In this document: in pieces, positions 19,597 through 29,685 of the stretch
Numbering within the stretch: position 1 is the stretch's first letter
How the letters are laid out: every line of letters starts with the position of its first letter
Assembly (NCBI GenBank): GCA_963745835.1
Contig: CAVUZH010000013.1
Span: 672,001 to 736,000 of the forward strand
Direction of reading: 5' to 3'
Source of the DNA: an uncultured delta proteobacterium
GTDB taxonomy: Bacteria; Desulfobacterota; Binatia; UBA9968
Length of the DNA stretch: 64,000 bases
Made by a program: the position numbers and the translations under genes
Notes under the pieces: model-generated
Told to the model about the DNA's origin: nothing
The model's input: the letters and a program-made list of their open reading frames with translations, nothing else
The model's database searches: none

Positions 19597-20649
19597 TTAT
19601 CTTCCCAGCAGCTTTTTCATACGCTCGATGATATCCGGTGGTTGTGTAACCACTTCCTTGGCTATGGCCTGTAGCGGCTCGCCTTCGGTCGGATCTAATT
19701 CAAGTTCTTGCTTTTCGGCAGTGGCCTTAACCTCGGGGTCGGCGATGACCTTGGCAAAGGCTTGGCGCAGGACTTTTAACGTTTCGGGAGAGATAGCCGG
19801 TGGCGCGACAAATGGCCGGCCGATATCGCCGGCGGCCAAAACCACGGTGGCCACGCGTCGACCCGACTCCGGAGTGTTGTACTGATTCATAAGCTCAAAA
19901 ATGGTCGGAACGTCGGGCAGCCTTGGATCTTTGTCTTTTCCCGATTGAATGAGGACCCGGACAAACCCTCTCTTGCGCCACGAAGCGAAAGGTTCCCTGG
20001 CAAAAAATGAATTCAGACTGAAGCCGCGGCACTGAATCTCGCCTCGTTCAATGGCAAGGTCAATGTCGTTCCCGCCCTGATAACCGGTAATTATATTGAA
20101 CTTGGTGCCGAGCGTTTGTTCCATGAGCATGGGGAAATAATAGCCGGTTGACGCGGTTCCGGTTGCCCCGCACTTGGGCGGCACTGAGGCTTTACGCATA
20201 TCCTCGATGCTCTTGAAGGGAGCATCCGTTCGGACGAAAAGGATCTCGTTCGTGCGCGTCGGACTGCCGATGTAGCCAAACTTCGCCCAATCGAACTGCA
20301 CTTCTTTTAGGCCAACGAGCTGATCGAAATAGAGGGCCGGGGCGATAACTCCCAGAGTCAAGCCGTCCGGCTTAGCCACCCCGTAGATATGGTTCGCGGC
20401 GATCAGCGAAGTCGCTCCCGGCATGTTCTGCACGATCATGGTCGGAGAGCCGGGAATATATTTGGGCATATGGCGTGCAATCAGACGGGCCCAAAGATCG
20501 GTGGCGGTTGCGGCACCGTAGCCTACCACGAGTCTGATGTTCTTGCCGGCATAGAAGTTTTCGGCCTGTGAATAACTGGAACGCGGCAGAAGGAGAAACC
20601 AACCCAACAGAAAGAACAGAGAGGCTCCGAATGAAACATGTTTTTTCAT
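19597..20649 (-). CDS. Bug/TctC substrate-binding protein
   Basis: Signal peptide; LVVGYGA...NMPGA...AKPDGLT...GYQGG. Confidence 0.9.
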   Translation of the reverse strand: MKKHVSFGASLFFLLGWFLLLPRSSYSQAENFYAGKNIRLVVGYGAATATDLWARLIARHMPKYIPGSPTMIVQNMPGATSLIAANHIYGVAKPDGLTLGVIAPALYFDQLVGLKEVQFDWAKFGYIGSPTRTNEILFVRTDAPFKSIEDMRKASVPPKCGATGTASTGYYFPMLMEQTLGTKFNIITGYQGGNDIDLAIERGEIQCRGFSLNSFFAREPFASWRKRGFVRVLIQSGKDKDPRLPDVPTIFELMNQYNTPESGRRVATVVLAAGDIGRPFVAPPAISPETLKVLRQAFAKVIADPEVKATAEKQELELDPTEGEPLQAIAKEVVTQPPDIIERMKKLLGR

Positions 20650-20679
20650 GGTCTACTCCCTGCCCATGAGAGCATTGGG

Positions 20680-22042
20680 TTACGCTTTGCCAGCCAAAAG
20701 CTGGCAAAGCGGTGCGACGGAATCGAGAGTTTCGAGCCTTTCGATCATCGCAGCAGCTTCAAGCACGGCTTCTTCCTTCAGTGCTCTGCGCGCGCAATTG
20801 ATAAGCTTGTCCCTGAGCTCTTCGGGAGTCAGGGGCCATTTCTTCGCGGTCCCTTTCGCATAGTCCACTCGACCGGAAATCGTCCGGCCATCCTTCAGGC
20901 GAATCGTGACCTTGGACGGGTGGCTCCCCTCCGCGTCTTCCTCTAATTCCGGGTCCACTTCCATGTGGACCTTCTCGGCCAAACCGAAGAACCGATTTAT
21001 CGCGGATCGCCTCCTCAGTGAAAGTATGGAGCGTCACTTTCCCGTCGATCACCGCTCTTGCGAGAATATAACCCATGCTAAATTTACTTTGGATCGCGGT
21101 CTCCGGAATTTTGTCGAGGACCTTAGTGTAAGCGTGCGGCGTCACGCCCACGCGAATGTCGTCAATCGTGCCCGGAGCAAGGCCTTGCGCGCGCATTTCA
21201 AGAACCGCATCGACGGCAGAGTGAATTAGGCCGCCACAGGGATACGCCTTGAAGCCAATTTCTCTCTCCACCAGTTCAAAAGATTTCCCCAGGCTTTCGA
21301 TCACTGCCAAATCGTAGGGAGAACCCCTTGAGTAACTCTCGTGAAAACCCCTGGCTCCCTCAAGGATCGAACGATTGGCGGTAAAACCATTGCTTGCCAG
21401 TTTCGCCGCCAATACACCGTTCCGCGCGGCGAGGCCCGCATGAAGCGGCTTGGTCATCGTCCCATAGTTCCAGATGAAACCGCTCGCCATCGAGGCAGCG
21501 ATCCCCAGTGTCGTTCGCACCGCCTCGACCTGGAGGCCGAGCAATTTGGCGCAGGCAACGGCCGCTCCCAGCGCCCCAAGGGTCCCCGCGCTGTGCCAAC
21601 CTTCTTTGATTGAATGGTCCGGAATGGATAACACCAGCTTGGTCGTGACCTCAAAACCAACGACGTAGGCTTGCAAAAACTCCCGCCCGTTTCTTCCTAG
21701 TTTTTCTGCAAGCGCAAAGGTTGCCGCAGCCAAACAGGAAGTGGGTTGACCCATATAGGTGTAGTTATAATCGTAGTCCAACGCATGACCGGCGGTTCCG
21801 TTAACGAGCGCTGCCTGAGAACAAGACGTTTTGAACCCCTGTCCAAAAACGCTCGAATCTTTACTGGTGCTCTCCTCCCGCGCCATTTGCGCGCAAATCT
21901 TGGCGGCAGGCTCGATGCTGCCTGCCAACGTTACGGCCACAGAATCAAGAATAGCCTGCTTCACCAACTCTATGGCTTTTACCGGAAGGTCTTCATACGT
22001 GGTCTGAGCCACAAATTCGGCTACTTTCCTTGTGTAATCCAT
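20680..22042 (-). CDS. MmgE/PrpD family protein (one frameshift near 20982)
   Basis: NGTAGHALDYD, GWH, TKPLHAG, KAYPCG, KFSM motifs; extra T in a ttt run separates 20759..22042 from 20680..20982. Confidence 0.9.
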
Positions 22043-22485
22043 TGCTCTCCCTTATTGCCCCTTGTTCGCTGTCCGTGAAACCCGGGGCAGCTCATTCTGA
22101 CCCGTAGCTCCTTCTCCGCTAGACCAAGATCGATCATCCTTCGGTCTCGTCTACTTACAGAGCCACGTATTCGGTGAGAATATGGCACCATCCCGGTCGA
22201 CCCCTCAGATGATTCAGGTGACGAGGGCGGCATTTCAGGCCGTTGCGAGCCTGAATGAACAGGCCACTGACTCCAAGAGCCACACCCTCGTCAAGAATTT
22301 CTTTACAGGATTCTTTTAGATCCTGCTACCTGCTAAATTCCCATGGTAGACCCCTTTGTGTTTCCCCAACTAGCTAGCTAACTCCATACTTGACCCCTTG
22401 ATCCCAGTTTCTGATTGAGATGACTGTTGTTCTCCCAACTGCTTGGCCGGTGCCCGAAAACCTGATTAATCTGCTGTTCGAAGTC

Positions 22486-23121
22486 TTAGAGCGCGCGGCC
22501 GGGCACAACGATACAACCGCTCGTGGCATCGCCGTAGCATTTATAATTTCCGAGTGCGAACTGATACGCAGTGAAAGCACAAAGCGCTGCATCGATTTGG
22601 TCGATGTTGGTAAACTTGCTGGTATCGACGTTCGCGTAACTCAGAATGTAACGACGAAATCGTCGCTTTTGCTTAGCCGATACGATCTTTCCCGCAAGGG
22701 CACACGCAATGGCTTGCGGAAACGTCTCAAAACAGATTGGTTGGGCTGTGCGCTGGGACTTGTTATCGAATAGCACATGGCTGGTTTCAAGATCTGCGTA
22801 CAGCGCGGCGCCGTTTATCATCCAGCCGAAATGATCCTTCGGGTGTTTTTCCGCCGCTTCACGGCTCGGCGTGGAAAAACACCAAATTCTCTCCGCCATC
22901 AGTTCACGCTCGGCAGAACGCGCGCGACCCGTATCACTCCAGCGGCACGGAGCATCCACTGCGATAAGGCGCGCGTCAATTTGTCGGCACCAATCGGCGA
23001 CTTCGGTCACGTTGCACGAGGCAATCTGATTCAAATAGGCACCGGCCCGGAGCGCGACGGCATGAAATCCCTTGGCCCTTCCGCCTACATCAATTCCGGC
23101 GACAATGATCTGTGACGACAT
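22486..23121 (-). CDS. DUF429 domain protein (predicted RNase H-fold nuclease)
   Basis: GIDVG...IAVDAP...R.AERE...ETFP...DQIDAALCA pattern. Confidence 0.8.
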   Translation of the reverse strand: MSSQIIVAGIDVGGRAKGFHAVALRAGAYLNQIASCNVTEVADWCRQIDARLIAVDAPCRWSDTGRARSAERELMAERIWCFSTPSREAAEKHPKDHFGWMINGAALYADLETSHVLFDNKSQRTAQPICFETFPQAIACALAGKIVSAKQKRRFRRYILSYANVDTSKFTNIDQIDAALCAFTAYQFALGNYKCYGDATSGCIVVPGRAL

Positions 23122-23149
23122 CCAAGCATCCGTGTTGATTGGTGAGCCC

Positions 23150-23240
23150 TCAGTTCGGCAACGGCCGCGTCCATGAGTTTGTCGGCGGTCGTCGGGGCGG
23201 TGACGATCTGGGTTTCCAGCGCGTCCGCCAAGGCCATCGT
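23150..23240 (-). pseudogene. Orphan hsdS C-terminal remnant
   Basis: MALADALETQIVTAPTTADKLMDAAVAEL resembles the HsdS tail LMALCD.LE.Q....Q....LLEA.L. Confidence 0.5.
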
Positions 23241-23306
23241 TTGTCTACTTTCGTCACGGTCCGGCTTGGTCGAAGATGGAAGAGTCGCCATCATTAGAGA
23301 AGGAGA

Positions 23307-24036
23307 AAGGGAACAGACTACTTATTATCTACTTCCTCATCTCGCTTAGAGCGGGTCGGCCCCGTGGACGCATCGTACTCTCAAGTCCAAATCGATCTGC
23401 AATCGTCGTCTGCCAGCCTGGTTATCCAAAAGGTCTTTGACGATTCACTGACTGTCGAACTGAAGCCATTGGTTCGCTGATAACGGTTCGTCCACATGCG
23501 CCAGCCAGTCTGTCTCGACTTCCACAGGACGGGATCGGCCAGCTCGTTACGACAGCAACTTGACCAAGGCCAATCATCTATCGACGCTGCCAAGCCTGCT
23601 CTGACTGGATTTCTGCAATACGTAGCGCAGGACCATCAGCAAATGTTCGTCGCGCTGCACTGGAAAACTTTTAAACCGGCCCTGCCAAACATGCCCGCTG
23701 CTGCCGTAATGCCTGTGATAACGCCGTACGTGACTCATCAGCCATTGCATGAATCGGCTCAGAGACTGGTGATGCGAAGCTTCGATCAGAAGTGAAAGCG
23801 ATTCGGCATCAGAGACAAAGCAAGCATCTTAACTGGGTGCCGCGCTTTTGCTGCGCGAGAATGAAACGAAAGGCTTGGTAATCTTGAGCTTTATGAAAGA
23901 TAGTTGCGCGCCCGTTCCCTCAGTTGATCACATGATAAACAAGACCACCCTATTCCGCACGCGGGATTCTCGGCATGGCAGGGCTTTATCATATAGGCGA
24001 ACGTGATCACAAACGATGAAAGTAGCCTGTCCCCTT
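23307..24036 (-). mobile_element. RAYT element copy 5 (most degenerate)
   Basis: Degenerate left IR aagggaacagactactt, intact right IR; colinear with the other copies. Confidence 0.88.
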
Positions 24037-24072
24037 AATCCTTGTCAACACTACTCTAGCTCGGTAGTCACT

Positions 24073-25230
24073 CTACGAATGAGAAGGTCCTTGCTCTGTG
24101 TACTCTACGATAAATTTGGCTCTTTCATATAGTTCATCGAACGTGAGAATGTCGATTCCGTGTATGGACTTCCGAAAACGCTGCAACGTCTCTCGCTTGC
24201 TACGGCTGTTTAGTTGCGCTAGAACCCCGATCACAATAATACCTTTTGGTTGAACAGTATAAACGCCCCGCCTCTCAAAATTATCACGGTTATCTGGGTG
24301 TTCTGATCCCTGCTTATCCCAGGTAGACATATTCGTCTGGATCTGTGATAACGCGTCTGTTAATTGTTTCGATAAGCTCCACGCTCCACTCCTGATTTCG
24401 CCAGTTCCTTGTAGTAAAGGTGTCGCGGGCGTTTTTATCTCTACGAGTACGGTAAAATTTATTTCTCCGGATGTTGAAGTCAAATAGTCTCCCTTTTGAC
24501 CTCCTCGCCGATCCACTCGCATTCCTCCATAGTGTGGTTGTGACTGTTCTTGTTTTAGGATTTGGTAATTGAGGCCATAGCCGAAAATCCATTTGTTCTG
24601 CTCAAAGAACTTTTGCCAATAACCTTCCCTCTCGGAATTTAATTTCAACTCTTTTTTAAATTGTTCGAGTATTTCCCTTCTCTGAAGGAGTTGATTGATA
24701 TCTTGTTCCGAGAGCCTAATGCCGGTTTTAGATGAAAGCTGCTTTATAATTCTGACAATACTTTCTGCATCCCGATCACCCAAAGCAGTCACAATTTCAG
24801 CATCTCCCTGCGACACCAAGGAGAATGCAGTTTTCGGTACTTCGATCTCGCGTAAAGATTGTAAAAATGAAATCAGCTTCCAAAAATTCTCGTGGCACTC
24901 TTCCAAACTGACATTTGCTTTTAGGACGTAGGTGTTTTTCTCGATCCGTAAAGATTCGTCAATAATTTTCTCGTTTTTATCCCGAATTGAAACACTCAGA
25001 CGCGGGGAAAATTTCTCAGCCTTCTTGATAAGGCAGACCTTGCAGATATAACTTACGCGTGGCCTCTCATCCAGAACAAATTGCGTGATTAGCCGCTTCT
25101 GCTTGCGGTGGTAAAAATAATAAAAATTATCACCGGAAGGCGATGAGTTTATTTGGAGGTCACGAAAATCGTCCTCGCCTATGACAAACTCCTCGCTCTT
25201 ATTCCAGCTCATAAAACCGCTGATTCGCAT
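24073..25230 (-). CDS. sduA: Shedu anti-phage nuclease (DUF4263)
   Basis: WQKFFEQNKWIFG...DYL...LVEIKTP...LTDALSQ...GIIVIG...IDILTFDELYERA PD-(D/E)XK Shedu core. Confidence 0.88.
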   Translation of the reverse strand: MRISGFMSWNKSEEFVIGEDDFRDLQINSSPSGDNFYYFYHRKQKRLITQFVLDERPRVSYICKVCLIKKAEKFSPRLSVSIRDKNEKIIDESLRIEKNTYVLKANVSLEECHENFWKLISFLQSLREIEVPKTAFSLVSQGDAEIVTALGDRDAESIVRIIKQLSSKTGIRLSEQDINQLLQRREILEQFKKELKLNSEREGYWQKFFEQNKWIFGYGLNYQILKQEQSQPHYGGMRVDRRGGQKGDYLTSTSGEINFTVLVEIKTPATPLLQGTGEIRSGAWSLSKQLTDALSQIQTNMSTWDKQGSEHPDNRDNFERRGVYTVQPKGIIVIGVLAQLNSRSKRETLQRFRKSIHGIDILTFDELYERAKFIVEYTEQGPSHS

Positions 25231-25349
25231 GAATTCCTAAATACCATTGATTTTGTAATCGCAATAGATCGGAGCTGTCCCTTGATGTTCGTTTCTCTCT
25301 GTCTTTCAACCTCAAGTCAGTCGATGCATCGTGAGCTTATCCCCATATC

Positions 25350-26078
25350 TTAGTATTCATAAATTTCGAGATTCCCAGTTGCTGAACTGCGTCTGGCAAT
25401 TACACCTTTGCGTCGCCGCCGAAACTTTGTCCCTGGCACCGGTGCCACTACTGGATCACGCCTCACCGGCAGTGTTTGATCACGTGGAACGTGCACGGGT
25501 GGATGTACAGTACCTGCGTCGCTCGGCATGTGATGACTGGCAGATAAAGATTGCTCGATCTGATGAAACTCCTTCGCGACCTGTTCCTTGAACTGTGGTA
25601 AGTCGGCAAGGTCCGGTCCATCTCCGGCCTCCAGAAGCCTCCGTGCGCGATCGACAGCTTCGGTCGCAGAAATTTCACCTTGCTCCACCTGCTCAAATAG
25701 GCGCCGCAGCCTTCCAGGCACCCCAAGTCTACGCTGGTGATATTCAGGCACTGGATCCGGAAGCCCTAACACTCTTGAAATTGCGGGGATGATCAATCGA
25801 GACAGTACAGCGGTATCCTTAATCAGATAATCAGCAGACTCTCTGATGCTACCGTATTGGTTTAGAATCGTGATTAAGGCACCAACAGTAACCCATGTCT
25901 TAGTTGATCCACCCTCGATTCGCACCTCAGGGCTAAGGCGGTACTCATTGAAACGATCTCGATAAAAATCACGAACTGTTTCATCAACAAATGTAAATAA
26001 TCTTTCTCCAGCTGCGGTTATCTGCGAGTCTTCAATCGTGGAATTATAGCGTGCATAGAACTGTGCAAGGACAATCAT
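25350..26078 (-). CDS. Hypothetical protein in defence operon
   Basis: 242-aa ORF co-oriented between DUF6119 and Shedu genes, 36 bp from the upstream stop. Confidence 0.75.
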   Translation of the reverse strand: MIVLAQFYARYNSTIEDSQITAAGERLFTFVDETVRDFYRDRFNEYRLSPEVRIEGGSTKTWVTVGALITILNQYGSIRESADYLIKDTAVLSRLIIPAISRVLGLPDPVPEYHQRRLGVPGRLRRLFEQVEQGEISATEAVDRARRLLEAGDGPDLADLPQFKEQVAKEFHQIEQSLSASHHMPSDAGTVHPPVHVPRDQTLPVRRDPVVAPVPGTKFRRRRKGVIARRSSATGNLEIYEY

Positions 26079-26114
26079 CGTTATTACCGTTTTTCAGCTA
26101 AGGTTCACATCGTA

Positions 26115-27736
26115 CTAATAACGTTTTGTTTTGCGTCGCATCTCACTTACCGAAATTTTGGAAAGTGCGACTCGGTAACCGTACCCGATCAGGCGGTTGG
26201 AAGCAGCTCGTAAATTCAACCGGGAAAAAAAAGGTATGGACAATGTCGAACCGGCAGCGTCACTCACGATCCCGAATACGATTCGGTACTCGTCTCGGTC
26301 AGGAACTTTTCTCGGATCCGCTATTTTGTGTGTATCTGGAAGCGTGTCATTAACAGTGTGACGAAACTCGGATTGCGTATGAAAGAGTTCAGCAGAAACA
26401 GTACCTTGTGAGAAGAAGTGGCTAAATACTTTCGACTGACCGTAACGTTTTACGTGTATGATGTCTCGGCCAGTAGTAAAAATGTCACAAAATTCGACTC
26501 CGCTTCTTGGCCCGCCGTATTTGATAAGTTTTTGATCCATGAGAGCGAATGCTGCGTTTTCATCACAAATACGGGCATTATAAGTTTCTTCCGAGTTGTC
26601 GTTATATTCCGGCAACTCAGTGTCAAAGCGCGGCAGCTGCTCAAAGTATTTGTTTACTTCTGTCACAAAATCGCGACCAAGGCGGTACCACTTGCCGCCA
26701 CTTAGTAAATACGTATGTCCTTGATGATCAAGCTCACAATAAAGGCATGAGTATAGAGACCAACGCCGAATAGTGTGATCGTCATCTCCGATACACAACA
26801 CGTCACGTTGCTTCAATAATTTGAGATCTATGTTGGACGTTGAAAAATCAGTGCCACGAGTTTCCTTTACTTCTTCGATAAATTCGGAGAGGTGCAAATC
26901 GTTGTATTTCGCGTTCCTTGCCTTAAGGCCGTATCGGAAGCCGTCGACCTCCGCCCACTCAATAATATCGGGCACGGCCATCCAGCAGCGGTCAAACTCC
27001 TCCAATCTTATCCGCTCCAGAAGTCTTTCATTTAGGGCGTCCAGAAGAGATGTCCCCTTAACCTCTGCAATATGGTCAACCCAGGGGAAGTTTGACCTGT
27101 AAATAGTAGAACGCGATTGCTCAAGATATCGCCTTAGTAGGATCGGCAGTTCCTCGATTGTAATCTTCAAGGAAGCCTTTATTGCGTCCATACCGTTAAT
27201 CGCTGACCTAAGGTCTGATCCTTCGGTGTACCCGTGAGGGCGCGAACGAGGTCCTGCTCAATATCTATTCCGAAGTCTTGGGCCGATGCTTCTTTGCTAG
27301 TTTGAATCTTAGAGTGAGTGGTAAGAGCGTCGAAAGTACTTTTATCAATTGTTTTTATTTGATCCTGGTCGATTGAATTGAGGACTACCAGCAAACCGAA
27401 ACGTTCCTCCCAACAATCTTGGTCCAGAATGAAGCGACCCCCCTGGCCGAACGTGACTGCAAAAAGTCTCTGCTCAACAGGTACAAAGAGAACGGCGCCG
27501 GTCGACTGGTTTTTGCCTAATAAGTCTCCGTCTATATACGGGTTGAGAAATTTTGCCCATTTCGGGGTGCGGGACGGCATAGGACGAACGTAGAGTTCGC
27601 ATTTCGATCCGTCATCTAGCGTAATAGTTTTATGGATCAGCCGTATGCCACCGGAAACAATAGGGAGGGGTGAAACCTTGTCTAGCTTTATCAGATAAGC
27701 CGATACGGTTGCCTGACGTGGCTGAATTGACCGCAT
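26115..27736 (-). CDS. TIGR04141 / DUF6119 sporadically distributed protein (frameshift near 27190)
   Basis: FAVTFGQG, FGL.VVLNS, FGIDIEQDL, E..YN...C, VEFCDI...IHVK...SHFFSQG...PFFSRLNL; one missing G separates the two ORFs. Confidence 0.85.
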
Positions 27737-27811
27737 GATGTACGACAGGTTCCGAGAGGCAGTTAACTCCTGAACTCTAGCTTCACCAACTTTGGTTTCT
27801 TGACGTTCAGT

Positions 27812-29552
27812 TCATGTGGGATGAAATGCTTCCTTGAGTACGGCTTCTAGGAGGCGTCGGCTTTCGGTTTGTCCGTGGTGAGTTGCGCTTCCAGCCTGTC
27901 GCACACACCCACCAGCTCCTCAACCTTGCCGACGATACGGTATTGTTCGGAGAGCGGCGGGACAGGGACTGGGAACTCCCTCGCGTTGGTGAGACTGATG
28001 TTCGGTTGAGCTGTCACTACTTGCGAAGCGAACATGAACTCAATTGCTGACGGGCTGTTTAAATAATGAAGTAAAAATTCAGGGGCTATATTTTTCGTTG
28101 TCTGTATAAGGCGGATTAGAGCGACAGCTTGGTTTATGTTAGCTTTATCATCTAGGTCATAAATTGCGGTACGCCCAATTGATGCTCCTACAAGGTTCAT
28201 CAGAATATCACCAAAGCGAAGAATCGAGCGGGGCTCAATGTCGTTAAAGCGTTTCTCAACAAATTTTAAATCATTCAATTTTCGGAGTCGATAATTACCT
28301 ACATTTTCGCTCGTGATAAAGAGAACTCCTAAATCCTTCGATACATAGTCAACGCCCTGCCACTTCGGCGATGACCCTTTGGTAATTAGCTCTGTCAGCT
28401 CACCAAGGCGCACCCATCTCCATAATTCAGGAACCTCAAAGGGAGCGGCTTCAACCGGAAGCGATTCAAGTTGTTTTTCTTTCTTAATTTTGCCGTCTTT
28501 TTCCAACCGCAGCTTCTCTGCGCCAATCCGTTTCAACAACTCCGACGCGGGTTCGTCGTTAGGATCTTGCGGGACGAGTTTGCCGCGGACGGCGAGGTTG
28601 AGGATGGTCTGGCGGAGTTGTTGGATGTGTTCGGGGCGCGTGGTGAGGCGCGGGAGATGACGGAGGTGAAAGCGGGCGTGCTCGCGGAACTCGTCGGCAT
28701 CCGCGCCGTTGTTCAGTCGATGCAGAGACGCCGCCGCCAGCTTATCCCGCCGGCTCTCCCGCTCCGCTTGCGCCGCCTCCAACCGATCACACAGCGCCAT
28801 CAATTCATCCACTTTGGCGACGATGCGGTGTTGTTCGGCGAGGGGTGGAAGAGCAAACGGAATAGCTTCGAATGCTCTTCGAGTCAGATGCGACGTCGGT
28901 CCGCCGCCTTGCCTTGCTATCACGATTTGCGCAAACTGCGCGTGAGTAGCTGCAGAAATGAATCAGAGACGATAGCATCGACGTCATAGGACAGCGAACT
29001 TGAATCGCATTGGCACGAACAACAGCTTCAGTATCGCACTAGCGCAGTGTCCCGATCGGATCCGCTGATGAAACAAGACATCGCCATTCGCGAATCGCGA
29101 TCTTCGACTGAGATCGTACGCCTTCTGTCATGATCGTAGCGTCTGAGATTGTTCAGGTCTAGTTCTGCATGTCCGTGATCGCAGACTGATGAAGCTGCAT
29201 CCTGACAGCACGTCGCTTGTTTGTCAGACGTCTGTGCTCCCGTCTGTGATCGAGCTCGACAATCGTCGCCAAGTCGTACCCAATCCCAGATCGCAGGAAG
29301 TTCAAACGGCACAGCTCATCGTCGGATCAGATTCCAACAGTCTTTCGGTCTTCTTATCTGCCCTTCTTTGATCAGCCGCGCCTTCTCCGCCTGAATTCGC
29401 TTGAGCAGTTCGGACGCAGGTTCGTCGTTGGGATCTTGCTCGACTAGCTTTCCCCGCACAGCAAGATCGAGAATGAAGCGGCGCAGGCGCGGGATGGCGT
29501 CGGGCGCATCGCAGATGCGGTCGAAGTGATCGATGACTTGTGCGGCGTTCAT
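27812..29552 (-). CDS. hsdS: Type I restriction-modification specificity subunit (frameshifted; first TRD garbled)
   Basis: Two LAVRGKLV.QDPNDEPASELL.RI repeats, PFE.P..W.WVRLG, PPL.EQ.RIV; true end ESRRLLEAVLKEAFHPT* at 27812. Confidence 0.88.
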
Positions 29553-29570
29553 CGGGAAATGACCTTTTTA

Positions 29571-29655
29571 CACCACCGAGAACACAGAGAGCACAGAGAA
29601 AAGCCTTTTGTTGTTTCTCTGAATTGACTCTGTGTCCTCTGTGCGCTCTGTGGTG
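29571..29655. repeat. Palindromic CACAGAG-periodic repeat between DUF1016 and hsdS
   Basis: CACCACCGAGAACACAGAGAGCACAGAG ... CTCTGTGTCCTCTGTGCGCTCTGTGGTG. Confidence 0.85.
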
Positions 29656-29685
29656 AACAAGAAATTAACACCTGCGAGCAATTGG

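Noticed and set aside
3321-22405. Scattered TGACCCC motifs (e.g. ~3327, ~3991, ~22392) as solitary RAYT ends
   Set aside because: Too short to distinguish from chance without a genome-wide count
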